Positions 61,790 to 64,000 of a stretch of 64,000 bases of DNA are shown here, piece after piece; the stretch's first letter is position 1, and each line of letters starts with the position of its first letter. The notes below the pieces were generated by a model. The model had not been told where the DNA came from. It made no database searches and saw only the letters and a program-made list of their open reading frames with translations. Made by a program: the position numbers and the translations under genes. The stretch is from assembly GCA_041497675.1 (NCBI GenBank), contig JBGQGY010000001.1:62724-126723 (forward strand). Reading direction: 5' to 3'. The stretch comes from a bacterium. GTDB lineage: Bacteria; Sysuimicrobiota; Sysuimicrobiia; Sysuimicrobiales; Humicultoraceae.

Positions 61790-62220
61790 CTCAGTAAGTT
61801 AGATCCGGCAACCGTTGGCACGAAACTGAGCCGCAGCCTCCGGCCGAGCCAGAAGATGATGGGGAGGTGAAAGACGTACAACGCATAGCTGTACCTTGCC
61901 GAGCGACCGCAGGACTCGGTGTACGAACAGCCTCACCACGATGCTTTCGCGTTGCTCGGTCAGGACACGCGTGAGAGTACCCGCGAACATGAGAGCAAAG
62001 AGAGTGAAGCCAAATGTCGACACCACAGGATCGTAGTGCTTGAGGCCCCCGCGGACAATGAACAGAGCCGCAAGCAGGACAGCCGACGAGACGGCGATAA
62101 CATGAAGCCGACCGGCCAGTCGCAACAATCCCCCCGTCTCCCTCGCTGCGAGTGCGATGAACGCGCCAAGGGCCAGCCCGTCCATACGGGGCCAAGGTCA
62201 GCACACTCCCAGCAACTGGT
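61790..62220 (-). pseudogene. Acyltransferase-3 (OafA-like) fragment, frameshifted
   Basis: MDGLALGAFIA...LRSLGK, frameshift near 61893, then YSYALYVFHLPII. Confidence 0.75.
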
Positions 62221-62917
62221 CTCTGAGAAGGCCAAGCTGCGCGTGTGGTCGCGGCAGATGACCGCCGTGGCGGTGGCGCCGCTGAAGCGTGACCTCACGG
62301 CGGAGTGCCTTCAGACTCACTCGCTCGGCGTGCTCGCCGCCGACACCATCGCCCGGCAGGTCGGCGCGGTGCAGGAATGGCCTGTGGACGAACGGGTGTT
62401 TCGGATTGTGGCCGCGATCACCACGAGCGTCGCAGCCGCCGTTTTCGCGCGGCTGCTGCTGACCCGAATCGGGTTATAGAAGGCGTCCGGCTACATTTTC
62501 GACGAAGGCACTTGTAAATGACGAGTAAGCGCCTCTAGAGGAACCTCCAGCAAGTTGAGGACTGCGTGTCGCATTTCTTGCCCATTCCCTAATACCCCGT
62601 CAAGCTCAACCCCCCTCCGACCGCAGAGACGACTTTGCCAAGTAAAATTGCTTCTACCAAACAAGACCGCGGCCCTCTGCGTCCGTCACACTAAATCATC
62701 AACCCTGAATGCAATTGCTGTGGTCCCAATGGCCGTGGGGCTCAGTCGCTGCGCCGATCCGCTGCCAGGCGTCGTTAGCGTTGCCGCTCGGATCGGGACG
62801 TTGCTCGACCGTATCACCTGCTCGTATCAGGCTACGATCGCCCGCCGCCCAGGTTCGGGCGACTTCTCTATGGGGCTAACCGTTCGAGCTACTTAGCCAA
62901 CGCATTCCGCATTCCAC

Positions 62918-63136
62918 CTACTCTGGTTCACCGGCCAGATCGCTGAACAGAGTCCGCGGATCAATCTCGCGCGGCAGTTGATCGATCCGTAGCAAAGGAT
63001 CGACGCTGGGCTGAAGCCGCATCCCGAACCGTTGCGCCATTTCGCCCACGGTCTGAAACGCGGGAGAGGGAGGGCCGGGCAGCTTGTCGCGATCTTCGAT
63101 GCTGGCCACGGCCGTCCTGACATGTGACGCTGGCAT
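62918..63136 (-). CDS. Small hypothetical protein (phage/element-like)
   Basis: Start overlaps the stop of the upstream ORF (TAATG coupling). Confidence 0.55.
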   Translation of the reverse strand: MPASHVRTAVASIEDRDKLPGPPSPAFQTVGEMAQRFGMRLQPSVDPLLRIDQLPREIDPRTLFSDLAGEPE

Positions 63137-63570
63137 TAGCCGCGCCTGCGGTGTTCAAAGCGCGCGCGTTCCTCCTCGATCGCGGCCAGACGGTCGTCCT
63201 CACTGGGCTCACGCGGCCGGCCGTCAAAGCTGGGCGAGGACTCTCGCCGCGCCCGTGCCGCCCCTAACCGCTGGTCCACCGCATCCCGCGTCGCAAAAAA
63301 CGCCGCAGACAACGCCTCGCCGACCTGGCCAACCACGGCCTCGCGGTAGAGATCCTGGTGCGTTTCGGGATGCGCCGCCACGTAGGCGGCAAACGCCGCA
63401 TTGACCTCCGCGGGCACGTGGCGATGGCCGGGTTGCTGGTCGTAATAGGCTTGCTCCAATTTCTGCCGGGTCGTCTGTTCCGCGAGCAGTTGGGCGCCTT
63501 CGGCCCGCGCCTGACCGCGTGTCAACAGGTCATCATCGCTGTATGGCGCGTTCGGATCGTAGGTGCTCAT
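63136..63570 (-). CDS. Hypothetical helical protein (phage/element-like)
   Basis: SD GAGGAGGG before ATG 63570; charged, helical 144 aa. Confidence 0.7.
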   Translation of the reverse strand: MSTYDPNAPYSDDDLLTRGQARAEGAQLLAEQTTRQKLEQAYYDQQPGHRHVPAEVNAAFAAYVAAHPETHQDLYREAVVGQVGEALSAAFFATRDAVDQRLGAARARRESSPSFDGRPREPSEDDRLAAIEEERARFEHRRRG

Positions 63571-63635
63571 TTGGTGTCCCTCCTCAGTGTAGGTATCGTC
63601 GCCTGAGTTCACGGCTCCTCAGGCCACCACTCGCC

Positions 63636-64000
63636 TCAGCGGCCCGGCCGAACCCAGCGTCGCGCCGCATGCTGATGCCGCTCAAGCTGTCCTTCATCCT
63701 TGGGCTGGACGATGGGTTCCACACGCACGAAGCCCTGCGCGACGTCGGCTGGTGCGGTGCCGGATGTCAGCGTCAGATCCTCCAGACGTCGCACCGGCAC
63801 ACCGTCAATCTCCATCTCACTCCGCGCGGACCCGAGGATGCGGCCCGCGCGTCGAATAGGGATATTATCGTTGCGCGTTTCGTCCAGGACGGCTCGGTAC
63901 GCCGGGTCCAGGTTGTCGATGATCAGCCCACGACCTTCGAGATCACGCAGGATTCCATGAGGATCTTTTATCAGGCCCAGCTTGTGTGAACAAGAAGATT
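63636..64000 (-). CDS. Hypothetical protein, partial (start lies beyond the right edge)
   Basis: Manual translation open from the window edge: SSCSHKLGLIKDPHGILRDLEGRG...RWVRPGR*. Confidence 0.55.
   Translation of the reverse strand, partial: SSCSHKLGLIKDPHGILRDLEGRGLIIDNLDPAYRAVLDETRNDNIPIRRAGRILGSARSEMEIDGVPVRRLEDLTLTSGTAPADVAQGFVRVEPIVQPKDEGQLERHQHAARRWVRPGR

Larger units (their letters stand above)
54606..64000. mobile_element. Decayed genomic island at the tRNA-Gln 3' end (continues past the window)
   Basis: Abrupt loss of synteny, mixed strands, AT-richer patches, IS remnant, gene fragments, copies of the tRNA 3' end; no integrase in the window. Confidence 0.8.

Overview
High-GC bacterial chromosome window in two parts. 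(1) Positions 1-54,605 are almost entirely + strand housekeeping genes: T-box-controlled thrS, comEC, holA, rpsT, murJ, CIRCE-hrcA (broken)-dnaJ-prmA-rsmE, ARG-box-controlled argCJBD-argGH-argR, phoH-pgpH-ybeY-dgkA, TRAP permease, CorC/MgtE-like/Nramp-like metal transport genes, recO, glyQS, ppdK, dGTPase-like gene, hpf, secA, lnt, prfB with a programmed +1 frameshift, DUF5693-csaB, spoVS, prs-like gene, gltX and tRNA-Gln(CTG). Firmicutes-like gene order and regulation combined with lnt suggests a diderm Terrabacteria lineage such as Armatimonadota/CSP1-3 relatives; this is inference only. (2) From 54,606 to the end is a decayed accessory island at the tRNA-Gln 3' end: IS5 remnant, VOC, UDG-like, ABM-like, cupin, gene fragments and phage-like ORFs. 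The most striking signal is three orphan copies of a ~28-codon minus-strand C-terminal tail (WLGIIRDLRT...KELLAA*). The copies diverge mostly at synonymous sites, each begins at a copy of the tRNA-Gln 3' end (CCCCAGCCA), and each ends in an ssrA-like -AA. This fits tandem integrations through an att site inside a gene, which would swap a degron-like tail on integration. All family calls come from motif recognition by eye; no searches were run.
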